Positions 18,807 to 29,694 of a stretch of DNA of 64,000 nt are shown one piece after another. Position 1 is the first letter of the stretch. Every line of letters starts with the position of its first letter. Where the stretch lies: the NCBI GenBank assembly GCA_050950285.1, contig JBMNHG010000003.1:248001-312000 (forward strand). Direction: 5' to 3'. A program made the translations under genes and the position numbers. The notes below the pieces were generated by a model. That model was given only the letters and a program-made list of their open reading frames with translations, was not told the DNA's origin and ran no database searches. The stretch comes from Kiritimatiellia bacterium. GTDB lineage: Bacteria; Verrucomicrobiota; Kiritimatiellia; RFP12; JBMNHG01.

Positions 18807-20438
18807 TTAGGCGTTCTCCTTTTCGGCGGCGGCGCGATTTGCGGCTTCGCGTTTGGCCTTCCTGGCGAGCGCGATGAGGCAGGGGCTGCGCCATACGAAG
18901 ACCCAGAGTCCGCCGGAGGCGAGGGCTCCGGCGAGGGCTTCTTCGGCCTCGGCGGGGTTTTTCACGTGGTTGATCACGCGCACGTTGGGGATGCCGAGCG
19001 CCTTCGCGGCGTCTTCGAGCACCAGCTTGTGGGTGGGGGTGTGGTCGAGGCGGAGCCCGGTGGAGGGGTTCTCCTGCATGCCGGTCATGGCGGTGATGGA
19101 ATTGTCGAGGAGGATGACGACATGGCCGGAGGCGGGGGGATTGTAGGCCATTTCGACGAGGCCGGTGAGGCCGGAGTGGACGAAGGTGCTGTCTCCCAGC
19201 ACGCTCACCACGCGCTTCGCGTCTTCGGGGGGGAGGGCGTGGCGCAGGCCGAGGCCGGCGGTGATGCTCGCGCCCATGCACACGCAGCTGTCCACGGCCT
19301 GGAAGGGGGGCATCACGCCGAGGGTGTAGCATCCGATGTCGCCGCTCACGATGCAGTCCAGCCTTTTGAGGATCTCGTAGGCGATGCGGTGGGGGCATCC
19401 CGTGCAGAGCTGGGGCGGCTTGCCGGGGGGGGGCGGCGGTTCGGGGGAGATGTCCCGTGCCAGGGCGCGCCGGACGCGGTCCACGTCGAGTTCGCCATAG
19501 CGGAAGGGTTCGGGCTTGCGTTCGACGTCCACGCCGGCGGCGAGCAGGGCGTCGGCCAGGTAGAAGTCGCCTTCGTCCACGACCATCGCACGGCGTCCGG
19601 CGAGCGCGGCGCGCACGGCTTCGGCGGGGAGGGGGTGGGCCATCGCCACTTGGATGACGTCGGCCTCCGGGGCGGCTTCGCGCACGTGGTGCACGGAGAT
19701 GCCGCTTGCAATCACGGCGGGGGGGGTGCCGCCGGCGGCGGGAGGGGCGGAGGCGGGGATCACGCGCACGGTGTTCCCTTCCCCGGCGGCCCAGGCGCGG
19801 ATCTCCTCCAGCTTGGCGCGGAGGCGGTGGTGGGCGGGGCGGGCGAATCCGGGCACCATCACGCGCTGTTTCGGGTCGCGGCGGAAAAGGGGCTTGCGCG
19901 GCGCGTCCATGCCGCCATGGAGGGAGACGATCGACTTCGAATGGCTCACGCGCGTGGTGAGGCGCAGGATCACGGGAAGGCTCCAGCGTTCGGAGATTTC
20001 CACGGCCTGCAGGAAGAAGTCGTAGGCCTGCTGCGAATCGGACGGCTCGAGGATGGGAAGGGCGGCGGCCCGGGCGTACCAGCGCGAATCCTGCTCGTTC
20101 TGGCTCGACGCCATGCCGGGGTCGTCGGCGACGGCCACCACGAGAGCCCCGTCCACGCCGGTGTAGGCGCCGGTGAAGAGCGGGTCCGCTGCCACGTTGA
20201 GGCCCACGTGCTTCATCGTGGCGAGCACGCGGGCGCGAGCGAAGGCGGCACCGATGGCGACCTCCAGGGCGACCTTCTCGTTCGGGGCCCATTCGGCGTT
20301 GCCGCCGAGGCTGCTGAAGGCCTCGAGGATTTCGGTGGAGGGGGTGCCGGGATAGCCGGTGCCGAGGAAGACGCCGGCGTCTTTCGCGGCATGGGCGACG
20401 GCTTCGTCGCCGTTCAAGAGAAGTCGTGGGGTGTCCAT
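18807..20438 (-). CDS. iorA: Indolepyruvate:ferredoxin oxidoreductase alpha subunit
   Basis: GYPGTPSTEI, NEKVALE, MKHVGLNVAADP, CTGCPHR, GDIGCY, GDSTFVHSG...DNSITAMTG. Confidence 0.93.
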   Translation of the reverse strand: MDTPRLLLNGDEAVAHAAKDAGVFLGTGYPGTPSTEILEAFSSLGGNAEWAPNEKVALEVAIGAAFARARVLATMKHVGLNVAADPLFTGAYTGVDGALVVAVADDPGMASSQNEQDSRWYARAAALPILEPSDSQQAYDFFLQAVEISERWSLPVILRLTTRVSHSKSIVSLHGGMDAPRKPLFRRDPKQRVMVPGFARPAHHRLRAKLEEIRAWAAGEGNTVRVIPASAPPAAGGTPPAVIASGISVHHVREAAPEADVIQVAMAHPLPAEAVRAALAGRRAMVVDEGDFYLADALLAAGVDVERKPEPFRYGELDVDRVRRALARDISPEPPPPPGKPPQLCTGCPHRIAYEILKRLDCIVSGDIGCYTLGVMPPFQAVDSCVCMGASITAGLGLRHALPPEDAKRVVSVLGDSTFVHSGLTGLVEMAYNPPASGHVVILLDNSITAMTGMQENPSTGLRLDHTPTHKLVLEDAAKALGIPNVRVINHVKNPAEAEEALAGALASGGLWVFVWRSPCLIALARKAKREAANRAAAEKENA

Positions 20439-20446
20439 GGGCTGGA

Positions 20447-20530
20447 AAGGTATCCCACACGCCCCCGCGTTTCAAGAAACAATTCACCGTCCGCGAACAA
20501 TTGCACCCTGCAACGGTTCCATGGTATCCT
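20447..20530. promoter_or_regulatory. Divergent sigma70-like promoters for iorA and rfbC
   Basis: Minus strand: TTGAAA-17-TACCTT, 8 nt before the iorA ATG. Plus strand: TTGCAC-18-TATCCT with upstream TG, 6 nt before the rfbC ATG. Confidence 0.5.
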
Positions 20531-20536
20531 GCCCCC

Positions 20537-21100
20537 ATGAAATTCGAGACCGCCCCCCTGGCAGGCGTCGTGATCTGCCATTCCACTGTCCATGGCGACG
20601 TCCGCGGGCATTTCCGCGAAGTCAGCCGCCGCAACGAATGCGCGGCGGCGGGGATGGACATGGACATCGTGCAGGTGAACACCAGCACGTCCCGGCCCGG
20701 CGTGTTGCGCGGGATGCACTACCAGATGAAGCATCCGCAGTCGAAGCTGGTCGTCTGCCTGTCCGGCGCCATTTTCGACGTGATGGTCGACTGCCGCCCC
20801 GCCTCGCCCACCTTCGGGAAGTGGTTCGGCCTCGAACTCTCCGCCGAAAACGGCCTGGGGGTGTTCGTGCCGGAGGGGTTCGCCCATGGCCTGCAGGTGC
20901 TGGGGGACGTCCCCGCGACCATTGTCTACCAATGCAACGACTACTACCGTCCGGGCGACGAGGGCGGCTTCCACTGGGCGTCCCCGGCGGTCGGCATCGC
21001 CTGGCCGGCCCCGGTTTCCATTGTCTCCGCCCGCGACGACGCGCTTCCCGCCTTCTCCCCCTCGCTTCCCTTCCCCGAACTCGGGAAGGGCGGTTCGTAG
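20537..21100 (+). CDS. rfbC: dTDP-4-dehydrorhamnose 3,5-epimerase
   Basis: DVRGHFRE, GVLRGMHYQ, QSKLV, SPTFGKW, VPEGFAHG. Confidence 0.92.
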   Translation: MKFETAPLAGVVICHSTVHGDVRGHFREVSRRNECAAAGMDMDIVQVNTSTSRPGVLRGMHYQMKHPQSKLVVCLSGAIFDVMVDCRPASPTFGKWFGLELSAENGLGVFVPEGFAHGLQVLGDVPATIVYQCNDYYRPGDEGGFHWASPAVGIAWPAPVSIVSARDDALPAFSPSLPFPELGKGGS

Positions 21101-21189
21101 CCGCGGACGCCGCGTCCCGCCGTCTTCCGCGCCCGTCCTCCGTCCCCCTTGAGTCACCGGATTTCCATTTCCCCCCGACAGGAGCCGTC

Positions 21190-24100
21190 ATGAGCCTTCG
21201 CACAATCCGCAAGCTTCTCCTCGCGCTTTCGGCCGTCGCCGCGGTTGCGGCCCCCCTCTCCGCGCAATCGTTCTTCGAGCCTGTCGGCATGGACGACCTC
21301 GAGGAGGGCGCCTGCCGCATGGTGACGGAGAAGGGCGAGTCCGTCGCCGAATCCGCCTTCGTGGTCCAGCTCTTCCACCGCGGGACACAGTGGCGTTCGC
21401 CCGACACGCAGGGCATCGCCCGCCACGTGATCGCCTTCGCGGAGCCGCGCGCGATCGGCACGGTCTTCGCCTCCGCCGCAAGCCAGATCGACGTGCTGAA
21501 GCCCGGCGCCGCGTGGCCGCCGGACGGCTCCGACGACTCCGCGTGGGAGCCGCTTCCCATCCTTGGACGCGCCGGCCAACAGCGCATGGCCGTCGCGAAG
21601 GAGCCGGGGCTCGAAGCCCGCGCCATCCGCGTCTCGCGCGACGCCCGCATCTGGGCCGGCCTCTCGTTCCTGCGCATCTCCCCGAAACGCCTCGACAACC
21701 TCGCGCTCCGCGGCTTCGGACACGCGGAAGGCGAGTACACCCTGCGCCCGGACATGGGCCCGCCCCACACCTACACCATGGCGAACATGCTCAAAGGGCG
21801 GGACCGCTGGCAGAACACGGGCCCCGACAAGGGCCGCGACAACGTCGTGCCGCGACCGCCCGTCAGCGACATCAACCCCGCCTGGTTCATCCTCTCGTGG
21901 CCCGAACCGCAGACGCTCCTCGGCCTCATGATCGACGGAAACGGCACGCAGCTGCGCATCAGCGAATACCGCGGCCCCGAAAACGTCCATCCGCTCGCCG
22001 GCGTCGATTCGGAGTGGAAGAGGATCCGCGATTTCACGCAGGACGGCGGCTTCGTCTTCTTCCCCGGTTCCGTCACCGCCCGCGCCCTCAAGGTCGAGGC
22101 CCTGCGCGTGAACCCCGTGGGCATCCCCGACAAGGGCAACACCGACCGCATCGCGCAGGTCTTCGGGCTCTTCGCCTTCGCCGACCTGGCCGACGGCGCC
22201 CTCCCCGAAGCCGTCGCGGCCGAAGCGGAGGAGCCGCCCGTGGCCTTTTCCGTCCCCGTGGCGGAGGACGGCACCGTGTCGGTCGTGATCGACACGCCCG
22301 ACGGCCGCCGCATCCGCAACCTCGTGGCCCGCCAGCCCGTGGAGTCCGGTACCGCCGAAATCGCCTGGGACCTCAACGACGAAGACGGCATGCTCCAGGG
22401 CGTCGGCACCTACCGCTGGACCGCGCTTACCGTGCCGAAGCTGGACATCGCATACCAGATGACCCCCTACCCGAACATCGAGGCCAACTCCTCCAACTCC
22501 CCCTGGCTGAACGGCGCCGGCGGCCCCGGCGGCTGGCAGGCCGACCACTCCGCCCCGCGGTGCGTCACCGCCACCGGCGACTGGGTCTTCTTCGGCTCGC
22601 CATGCGCGGAATCCGGCGTCGCCATGATCGGATGCGACCTCGACGGCGTGAAGAAGTGGGGCCATCACAACTTCATGGCATGGACGGGGCCGGGCTTCCT
22701 CGCAAGCGACGGCAGGCGCGTCTTCGCCGGCGCCGCCACCGGCACCGACAGGGTCTGGACGACGCCCGTCGCGGGGGGCGGCGGCACGGCCTTCATCCAG
22801 GCCGGCGCGACCGCCGACCGGCTGCGCGGCATGGCCGGCCTCGCGGCGGACGGAAAGAACCTCTTCATGTCGGTGTCCGCGCCGGGCGTGTCCGTCTTCG
22901 CCCGCGCCTGCACGCCCGCCGACATCGACTTCGACCACACCATCCCCTTCCTCAAGCGCGACCCCAAGCCCGACCGGGGCCACTGGGACAAACGCCTCGA
23001 CCTCGCCCGCATCTTCCGCCTCACCGGCACCCCGCCGGGACAGAACGACGGCCTCACCTACATCGAATCCACCGACATGCCCGCCTCCCGGCAGCACATG
23101 GTCCTCGCCTTCCACCGCGACGTCCCGCTCGGCGCGCTCGCCTTCCCCCTCCCCGGCGGCGACCTCTTCCTGCGCATCGCCTACCTCAAGGCCGATTCCC
23201 CCTGGCCCCTCGAGGGCAACGCCTACAAGGACGACGCCCACTGGCAGGAAATCTACCGCGGCCGCGACGCCGGATGGACCGTGATGCCCCTCCCCGCCGA
23301 CGTCCGCACGCGCGCCCTCCGCATCACCTGGGACCGCGACGAGGACGACCTCGGCGACTTCTTCGACCTCGACGGCGAGGGCGGCGGCGAAACACCCTGG
23401 GTCGGCCGCATCGACGGCATGTGCCTCCTCAAGAACCGCCTCTCCGCCTGCGGCCGGCCCTCCGAAATCCTCGTCAGCTCCGGAACCGTCGGCGACCTCG
23501 GCGATTGGGACGCCCTGCGCGACGAACCCATCACCGAGGACAATCCCGCCGTCTATGCCATGGTCTGGGACGAACCGCAGGACGTCCGCGGCCTCGCCGT
23601 GATGGAAATCGACGGCAAGCGCACCGAAATCGACGTCTACGAAGGCCCCGACACCGGCGCCATCGACCCTGCCGACGATTCGCTCTGGCGCAATGTCGGC
23701 ACCTACCACCAGCGGCTCCGCTACTACTACCAGCCCGACCAGGAGCGCAACTCCGACGCCCGCTACATGGACGGCTACGTCGACTTCGGCTCCACCCTCC
23801 GCACGCGCGCCATCCGCCTGCGCGTCTGCGAACAGTGGCTCACCCGCGGCGAAGGCCGGGAAGGGTGCTACGGCGTCCGTGCCGACCGCGGCGCCCAGGA
23901 CATCGATGCCGCCCGTTGCCGCATCTACGGCGTCGCCGCCGTGAAACTCCTCGGCTCCGAGGACGAGAGCGACCTCGTCCGCACCGACCGCATCGAGGTC
24001 TACGAACTCGAAAAGGGCGAACGCGTCGCCGAATGGCCGCTCAAGCGCCCCGGCGACCTCGCCCTCTCCCCGGACGGCGCGACCCTCTACGCCATTTCGG

Positions 24101-26445
24101 CCACGAACGTCGTCGCCATCGATCGCGAAAGCGGCACGCCGCGCCTCTTGTCGCTTGACGGCCTCCTCCGCCCCTTCTCCATCACGACCGATGCCGAGGG
24201 CGAACTCTACGTGTACGACATCTCCCCCGACCGCCTGAACGTGCGCGTCTACAACCCCGCCTCCGGCGAACTCCTCCGCACCATCGGCACGCCCGGCGGC
24301 CGCAAGGTGGGCCCCTGGGATCCGACCGCGTTCACCACCGGCCCCTACGTGGCCGTGGATCTCGCGGTGGACAAGAACCGCAAACTCTGGGTCACCGAGT
24401 GCGAATTCGCCACCAAGCGCGCCAGCCGCTGGGATGCGGCCACCTGCACCTTCGAGAAGGAATACCTCGGCAACACCCGCTACGGCGGCGGCGGCGACGG
24501 CTGCATCGACCCATGGGACAAGACGAAGGCCTACTACGCCGATGGCGGCGCGACCGTCCAGTACACGCTCGACTGGGAGTCGGGACGCACCGGGATCGCC
24601 GGCATCGTCGGCTTCGGACAGAACGCCGGAGGGAACCAGCCCGTCCGCGTCGGCGGGCACGACTACCTCGTGACGCGCCCGCTCTTCTGGCGCCAGTCCC
24701 ACGGCCGCGTGTACCTCCTCGAGAACGGCGTGTCGCGCCTCGTCGCCGCCGTCGGCGCCGCCGACGCCTTCGAACTGCTCCGCAACCGCGAGATTCTCGG
24801 CAAGCTCGGACGCACCCCCCTCGCGGCGTTCCACTTCACCTGGAGCGACCTCAATGCGGACGGTGCCGCGCAGGCGGACGAGGTGCATCTGGTGGAGCTG
24901 CCCGGGCGCACCGGCGAACTCGTCGCCTTCGACCGCGAACTCGGCATCTCGTGCGACCGCTGGCGCTTCGCCGTGAAGGAGTTCCTCGCCGACGGCACCC
25001 CCGTCTACGAGGTCGTCCCCCACGCCGGCGCGCTCGCCGGCCGCAACGGCCTCTTCCGCCTGCCCGACGGCAAGACCATCCAGATGTCGATGGAGGGCCA
25101 CGCCGGCTTCGGCCCGGACGGCGCGCCGCGCTGGTCGTGGAAGACCGAAGGACTCGGCGTCCACGCCTACTACTCCGCCGGGCCCTACGTCCCGCGGCAG
25201 GTCGTGGCCGAGTTCGACATCGTCGGCGCGGAAACCATCGGGGAAGGCGGCCTCGGCTCGTTCTACGCCACGTCCTCGAACACCGGCACCTGGCACCTCT
25301 GGTCCGGCGACGGCATCCTCTTCGGACGCCTCTTCCAGGACCAGCGCGAACACGGCCGCGCCGGCTGGGCCATGCCCGAGCACGATCGCGGCATGTCGCT
25401 CCACGACGTGACCCTCGGCCAGGAGCACTTCTCCGGCTACCTCTGCCGCGAGCAGGGCACCGACAACATCCTCCTCTGCGCCGGCCACAACCACATCTCC
25501 GTGTGCGAGGTCAAGGGTCTCGACCGCGTCCGGCGCCATACGGGCGAAATCGAGATCGATGCGGAAACCCTCCAGAAGGCGGCGGACTGGCTCGCCGCCC
25601 GCTCGCGCGATTCGCTCTATTCCCGCGCCCCCGTCCTCCGCGCCTATCGCGCGCCGAGGGTCGTCATCCCCGATGGCGACCTCTCCGACTGGGGCGAGGA
25701 GGTCTCGTCGTTCGGCGACGGCGATTCCCCGCGCGCCAGCCTGCGCATGTCGTACGACGCCCGGAACCTCTACGTCGCCTGGCACGTCCGCGGCTACGGG
25801 CCCTTCAAGAACGCGGGCAACGACTGGCGCCGCCTCTTCAAGACCGGCGCATGCGTCGATATCCAGATCGGCCTCGACCCCGGAGCCGACCCCGGACGCG
25901 AGGAGACCGTCGAAGGCGACGTCCGCATCCTCGTCGCGCCGATGGACGGCAAGCCCGTCGTGGTCCTCTACCGCCAGGTTGACCCGACCGCATCCGAAGC
26001 CGACGGATGGGAATCCCACACGATGGTCTTCCGTACACGCTTCGACCGCGTCGAGATCCTCGAGGCCGCCGAAGCCGGATTCGCCGATCTCTCCTCCAAG
26101 GAGGGCGGCGGATACGCCGTCGAACTCGTCGTGCCGCTCGAGGCCATCGGCGCCGCCATCCAGCCCGACACCCGCCTCCGCTTCGACTGGGGCGTACAGG
26201 AGGTCGGCGCCGACGGATCGGTCGTGATGCAGCGCCTCTACTGGGCCAACCAGTCCACGCGCATCGTCTCCGACGAGGCCGCCGAGGCGCGCCTCTACCC
26301 CGGTCTCTGGGGCGACGCGCTCTTCCTGGGCGAGAAGCCCGCGGAAGGCGGCATCGCGGCCCCCGACGAACTCGATCTGGGCGGCGGACTCTCCGGCGGC
26401 GCCGAAGAACTCTTCCGGGACATCCTCGAGGACGACGACTTCTAA
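21190..26445 (+). CDS. Large secreted protein (1751 aa) with FlgD-Ig-like, beta-propeller/NHL-like and C-terminal sugar-binding (CBM9-like) regions
   Basis: SD AGGAG; signal peptide MSLRTIRKLLLALSAVAAVAAPLSA; SVVIDTPDGRRIRNL...WDLNDEDG...GTYRW; PDGDLSDW...YDARNLYVAW. Confidence 0.7.
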   Translation: MSLRTIRKLLLALSAVAAVAAPLSAQSFFEPVGMDDLEEGACRMVTEKGESVAESAFVVQLFHRGTQWRSPDTQGIARHVIAFAEPRAIGTVFASAASQIDVLKPGAAWPPDGSDDSAWEPLPILGRAGQQRMAVAKEPGLEARAIRVSRDARIWAGLSFLRISPKRLDNLALRGFGHAEGEYTLRPDMGPPHTYTMANMLKGRDRWQNTGPDKGRDNVVPRPPVSDINPAWFILSWPEPQTLLGLMIDGNGTQLRISEYRGPENVHPLAGVDSEWKRIRDFTQDGGFVFFPGSVTARALKVEALRVNPVGIPDKGNTDRIAQVFGLFAFADLADGALPEAVAAEAEEPPVAFSVPVAEDGTVSVVIDTPDGRRIRNLVARQPVESGTAEIAWDLNDEDGMLQGVGTYRWTALTVPKLDIAYQMTPYPNIEANSSNSPWLNGAGGPGGWQADHSAPRCVTATGDWVFFGSPCAESGVAMIGCDLDGVKKWGHHNFMAWTGPGFLASDGRRVFAGAATGTDRVWTTPVAGGGGTAFIQAGATADRLRGMAGLAADGKNLFMSVSAPGVSVFARACTPADIDFDHTIPFLKRDPKPDRGHWDKRLDLARIFRLTGTPPGQNDGLTYIESTDMPASRQHMVLAFHRDVPLGALAFPLPGGDLFLRIAYLKADSPWPLEGNAYKDDAHWQEIYRGRDAGWTVMPLPADVRTRALRITWDRDEDDLGDFFDLDGEGGGETPWVGRIDGMCLLKNRLSACGRPSEILVSSGTVGDLGDWDALRDEPITEDNPAVYAMVWDEPQDVRGLAVMEIDGKRTEIDVYEGPDTGAIDPADDSLWRNVGTYHQRLRYYYQPDQERNSDARYMDGYVDFGSTLRTRAIRLRVCEQWLTRGEGREGCYGVRADRGAQDIDAARCRIYGVAAVKLLGSEDESDLVRTDRIEVYELEKGERVAEWPLKRPGDLALSPDGATLYAISATNVVAIDRESGTPRLLSLDGLLRPFSITTDAEGELYVYDISPDRLNVRVYNPASGELLRTIGTPGGRKVGPWDPTAFTTGPYVAVDLAVDKNRKLWVTECEFATKRASRWDAATCTFEKEYLGNTRYGGGGDGCIDPWDKTKAYYADGGATVQYTLDWESGRTGIAGIVGFGQNAGGNQPVRVGGHDYLVTRPLFWRQSHGRVYLLENGVSRLVAAVGAADAFELLRNREILGKLGRTPLAAFHFTWSDLNADGAAQADEVHLVELPGRTGELVAFDRELGISCDRWRFAVKEFLADGTPVYEVVPHAGALAGRNGLFRLPDGKTIQMSMEGHAGFGPDGAPRWSWKTEGLGVHAYYSAGPYVPRQVVAEFDIVGAETIGEGGLGSFYATSSNTGTWHLWSGDGILFGRLFQDQREHGRAGWAMPEHDRGMSLHDVTLGQEHFSGYLCREQGTDNILLCAGHNHISVCEVKGLDRVRRHTGEIEIDAETLQKAADWLAARSRDSLYSRAPVLRAYRAPRVVIPDGDLSDWGEEVSSFGDGDSPRASLRMSYDARNLYVAWHVRGYGPFKNAGNDWRRLFKTGACVDIQIGLDPGADPGREETVEGDVRILVAPMDGKPVVVLYRQVDPTASEADGWESHTMVFRTRFDRVEILEAAEAGFADLSSKEGGGYAVELVVPLEAIGAAIQPDTRLRFDWGVQEVGADGSVVMQRLYWANQSTRIVSDEAAEARLYPGLWGDALFLGEKPAEGGIAAPDELDLGGGLSGGAEELFRDILEDDDF

Positions 26446-26476
26446 CCCCGTTCCAATCCCCCAAGCCCCTCCCGCC

Positions 26477-28549
26477 ATGATCTCCACGCCGCTTCTCTCG
26501 ATCGCCGTCGACGGTTCCGCCGAGGCGCTCTGGACCCTCGCCACCGCCGACGGCGCGCTGCGCATTCCCGTCGCCGCGCCGGTCTTTGAAATCGACGGGC
26601 AGGACGTTGTCGCCGCCCTTTCGGATGTCGCCGCCGTCCCCGCGCGCGGCGCGCCGCTCCCCGACGGCGTCCGGGAAGCCGCCTTCCGCGGCACCCTCCG
26701 CGACTGCCCCGACCTCGCCCTCACCCTCGTCCTGCGCGTGGCCGACGATTCCCCCGTGGTGCGATTCCGCTATTCGCTCGCCCCCGCCGAAGGCTCCACC
26801 ACCCTCCACCGCCTCACCAAACGCCACGACCGCGACGCCATCGCCTACGCCGCGGCCGACCTCTCCGCACTGCCCGAATGCACCGAAGTGCGCTTCGGCG
26901 AGTTCGATGCCCGTTGCCATGCCTTCCGCCTTTCCGAGACCCGCGTGGGCGCAAAGGAATTCGACAATTCGCTCCGGTTGATGGGCCCCATCCTCGCCGC
27001 CTGCGGCCCTGCACACTCCGCCTTCCTCGCCTACGAACACGGCTCCCAGGCCCCCGACCTCTTCGTGGGCTTCGACCTCGCCCCCTCCCGCCGCGTGACG
27101 CTTCGCGCGGTCAAGGGCAACTACTACCGCGGCCGGCCCCTCTCCGCGACCGACCCCTTCGAGACGCTCTGGTTCGACCTCGCCGCCCTTTCCGGCGGCC
27201 TCGACGACCTCGCCGCGGCATGCCGCCATTTCTTCCTGCTGCGATGCTCCCCAAACGCCGCGTCGCGCCGCCCCTGGATCTTCTACAACACCTGGGGATG
27301 CCAGGAGCGCGACAAGTGGTGGAACCACCACGCATACCTCGACACGATGAACGAGGAACGCATCCTCGCCGACATCGACATCGCCCACGCCATGGGCATC
27401 GATGTCTTCGTGATCGACACCGGATGGTACGAGAAGACCGGCGACTGGCGCGTCAGCTCCAAACGCTTCCCCCGCGGCCTCGGCCCCATCCGCGACAAAC
27501 TCGATCGTTACGGCATGAAGCTCGGCCTCTGGTTCAGCCCCACCGAGGCGGCCGTCACCAGCGACATCCTCGCCCGGAACCGCGGGAACATCGTCTCGTT
27601 CCGCGGCGTCGAGAGCACCCCCCACCGCGTCTGGGAAACCGAGGAGAGCCAGAACCTCTGCCTCGTCTCCCCCTATGCATCCGATTTCGCCGACGAGCTC
27701 ATCCGCCTTTCGCGCGACCTCGGCGTGACCTATTTCAAATGGGATGCCATCGGCCAGTACGGGTGCGACTCCGACCGCCACGCCCATGGCGGCCCCTCCG
27801 TGCCCGCCGACGAACGCGCCGACTGCTACGCCTTCGAACAGGTCCGCTACATGGCCCGCGTGGTGGACAGGCTCTGCGCCGCCTGCCCCGAGGCCATCGT
27901 CGATTTCGACATCACCGAACGCGGCCGTTCCGTGGGCCTCGCCTTCCTCGCCGCCGGAAAGTACTTCGCCGTGAACAACGGCCCCTACTACCCCTGCTTC
28001 GATGTGCCGTACGACTGGGCCGCGGAGGCATTCTGGAGCAACGTCTTCGTGTACCCGGGGCCCGCGCGCGGATGGTTCGTGCGCGCCCCGCTCGACGCCG
28101 ACCGCTGGATCCCGTCCGTCCTCTTCCTCGCTCACTACTTCGCCGACGCCCCCGCCACTTCGCAACGCATCAATTTTGCCTCGGCCATCCTCGGACAGAA
28201 CGGAATCTGGGGCGACTTGCAAGCCGTCCCCCCCGAAGGCGTCGCCTTCTTCGCCGACGCCTTTGCCGCATACAAGCGCGTCCGCGACGCCATTACCTCC
28301 GCTTCGCCCGTCCGCACGGGCCGCATCGGGGGAAGCCCCGAAATCCACGAGAAGCTCGATGCCCAGGGCCGCGGCGCGGTCTGTCTCTTCGCAAACGAAC
28401 GCGGCGGGCAGACCTACGTTACCGAACACGCCACCGCCCCGCTCCTGTGGACCAGCGAAAACTGCACCGTGACCCGCGATGCGAAGGGCCGCGCCATCCT
28501 CCACGCGCGCTTCGACAGCCCGGACGCCGCCATCGCCCTTTTCAGTTGA
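26477..28549 (+). CDS. Alpha-galactosidase-like glycoside hydrolase (GH36-like)
   Basis: FYNTWG, FVIDTGW, RFPRGL, GLWFSP, YFKWD. Confidence 0.8.
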   Translation: MISTPLLSIAVDGSAEALWTLATADGALRIPVAAPVFEIDGQDVVAALSDVAAVPARGAPLPDGVREAAFRGTLRDCPDLALTLVLRVADDSPVVRFRYSLAPAEGSTTLHRLTKRHDRDAIAYAAADLSALPECTEVRFGEFDARCHAFRLSETRVGAKEFDNSLRLMGPILAACGPAHSAFLAYEHGSQAPDLFVGFDLAPSRRVTLRAVKGNYYRGRPLSATDPFETLWFDLAALSGGLDDLAAACRHFFLLRCSPNAASRRPWIFYNTWGCQERDKWWNHHAYLDTMNEERILADIDIAHAMGIDVFVIDTGWYEKTGDWRVSSKRFPRGLGPIRDKLDRYGMKLGLWFSPTEAAVTSDILARNRGNIVSFRGVESTPHRVWETEESQNLCLVSPYASDFADELIRLSRDLGVTYFKWDAIGQYGCDSDRHAHGGPSVPADERADCYAFEQVRYMARVVDRLCAACPEAIVDFDITERGRSVGLAFLAAGKYFAVNNGPYYPCFDVPYDWAAEAFWSNVFVYPGPARGWFVRAPLDADRWIPSVLFLAHYFADAPATSQRINFASAILGQNGIWGDLQAVPPEGVAFFADAFAAYKRVRDAITSASPVRTGRIGGSPEIHEKLDAQGRGAVCLFANERGGQTYVTEHATAPLLWTSENCTVTRDAKGRAILHARFDSPDAAIALFS

Positions 28550-28585
28550 CCCATCCCACGCCCCACGACCGAAAGGATCCCCATC

Positions 28586-29671
28586 ATGTCCTGCTCCTGC
28601 TCTTGCTCTGATTCCCGCCCCTCTCTGGCGATGGTCGGCCTGAACTTCGGACGCCACATCGTCGCCCAGCTCGTCGAAGGCGAAGGCGCAAGCCATGTGC
28701 GGCTCGCCGGCCTCTGCGACCTCGATCGCGCCAAGGCCGAGGCCCTCGCCGCGAAATACGCCGGGAAAACCACCCTCAAACTCTACGACTCGCTGGACGA
28801 CGTCCTCGCCGACCCCGCCGTCCAGACCGTCGGGCTCTTCACCGGCCCCGTGCACCGCGCCGACCTCCTCCGGAAGATCATCCGCGCCGGCAAGGACGTG
28901 ATGACCACCAAGCCCTTCGAGCTCGACGCCGACGCCGCCACCGCCATCCTGGAGGAGGCCGAGTCTCTCGGCCGGGTCATCCACCTGAATTCGCCCAACC
29001 CCGGCATCTCGCCCGACCTCGCGCAAATCGAATCGTGGCGCGAGACGCTGCAGCTGGGCCGCCCCGTCGCCGCCCGCATCGAAACCTTCGTCCGCTACGA
29101 CGAAAAACCCGACGGCTCCTGGTATGACGACCCCGATCTCTGCCCCGCGCCCCCCATCTTCCGCCTGGGCATCTACCTGATCAACGATCTCGTGCGGCTC
29201 ATGGGCCGCGTGAAGCGCGTGAGCCTCTTCAGCACGCGCCTCTTCACCCGGCGCCCCACGAGCGACAACGCACAGCTCGCGCTCGAATTCGAAAACGGCG
29301 CCCTCGGCAACGTCTTCTCCAGCTTCTGCGTCCGCGACGGCGACCACTATCGCAACAGCCTCGAACTCAACTTCGAGAACGGCACCGTCTACCGGAACGT
29401 CGGCCCGGTCCGCACCCCCGGCGCCCAGTGCGAGCTCACCGTGGTCCAAGCCCGGCAGCGCGAGGATGGCGAACTCGAACGCACCATCACCGCCACCGCA
29501 CAGACGTCATCGCGAAGCGGCGGCTACGACTGGGAAGGATTCGTCAAGGCCATCCGCCACGAACCCGGCGCCCCGCGCTACGACATCGAGCATGTGGTGG
29601 AACCGCTCCGCGTCATCCGCGCCATGGCCGAGGCCGAACGGTCCGGCCAGGTCGTGACCCTCCCGCGCTAG
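28586..29671 (+). CDS. Gfo/Idh/MocA-family oxidoreductase
   Basis: Rossmann VGLNFG, LDDVLADP, AGKDVMTTKPF, LGIYLIND. Confidence 0.85.
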   Translation: MSCSCSCSDSRPSLAMVGLNFGRHIVAQLVEGEGASHVRLAGLCDLDRAKAEALAAKYAGKTTLKLYDSLDDVLADPAVQTVGLFTGPVHRADLLRKIIRAGKDVMTTKPFELDADAATAILEEAESLGRVIHLNSPNPGISPDLAQIESWRETLQLGRPVAARIETFVRYDEKPDGSWYDDPDLCPAPPIFRLGIYLINDLVRLMGRVKRVSLFSTRLFTRRPTSDNAQLALEFENGALGNVFSSFCVRDGDHYRNSLELNFENGTVYRNVGPVRTPGAQCELTVVQARQREDGELERTITATAQTSSRSGGYDWEGFVKAIRHEPGAPRYDIEHVVEPLRVIRAMAEAERSGQVVTLPR

Positions 29672-29694
29672 TCCTTCAGGAACAGGAGAACGAC

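Noticed and set aside
18807..18900. IorA lacking a C-terminal ferredoxin domain as a sign of truncation
   Set aside because: The stop is tightly coupled to the iorB start, and short IorA forms are known.
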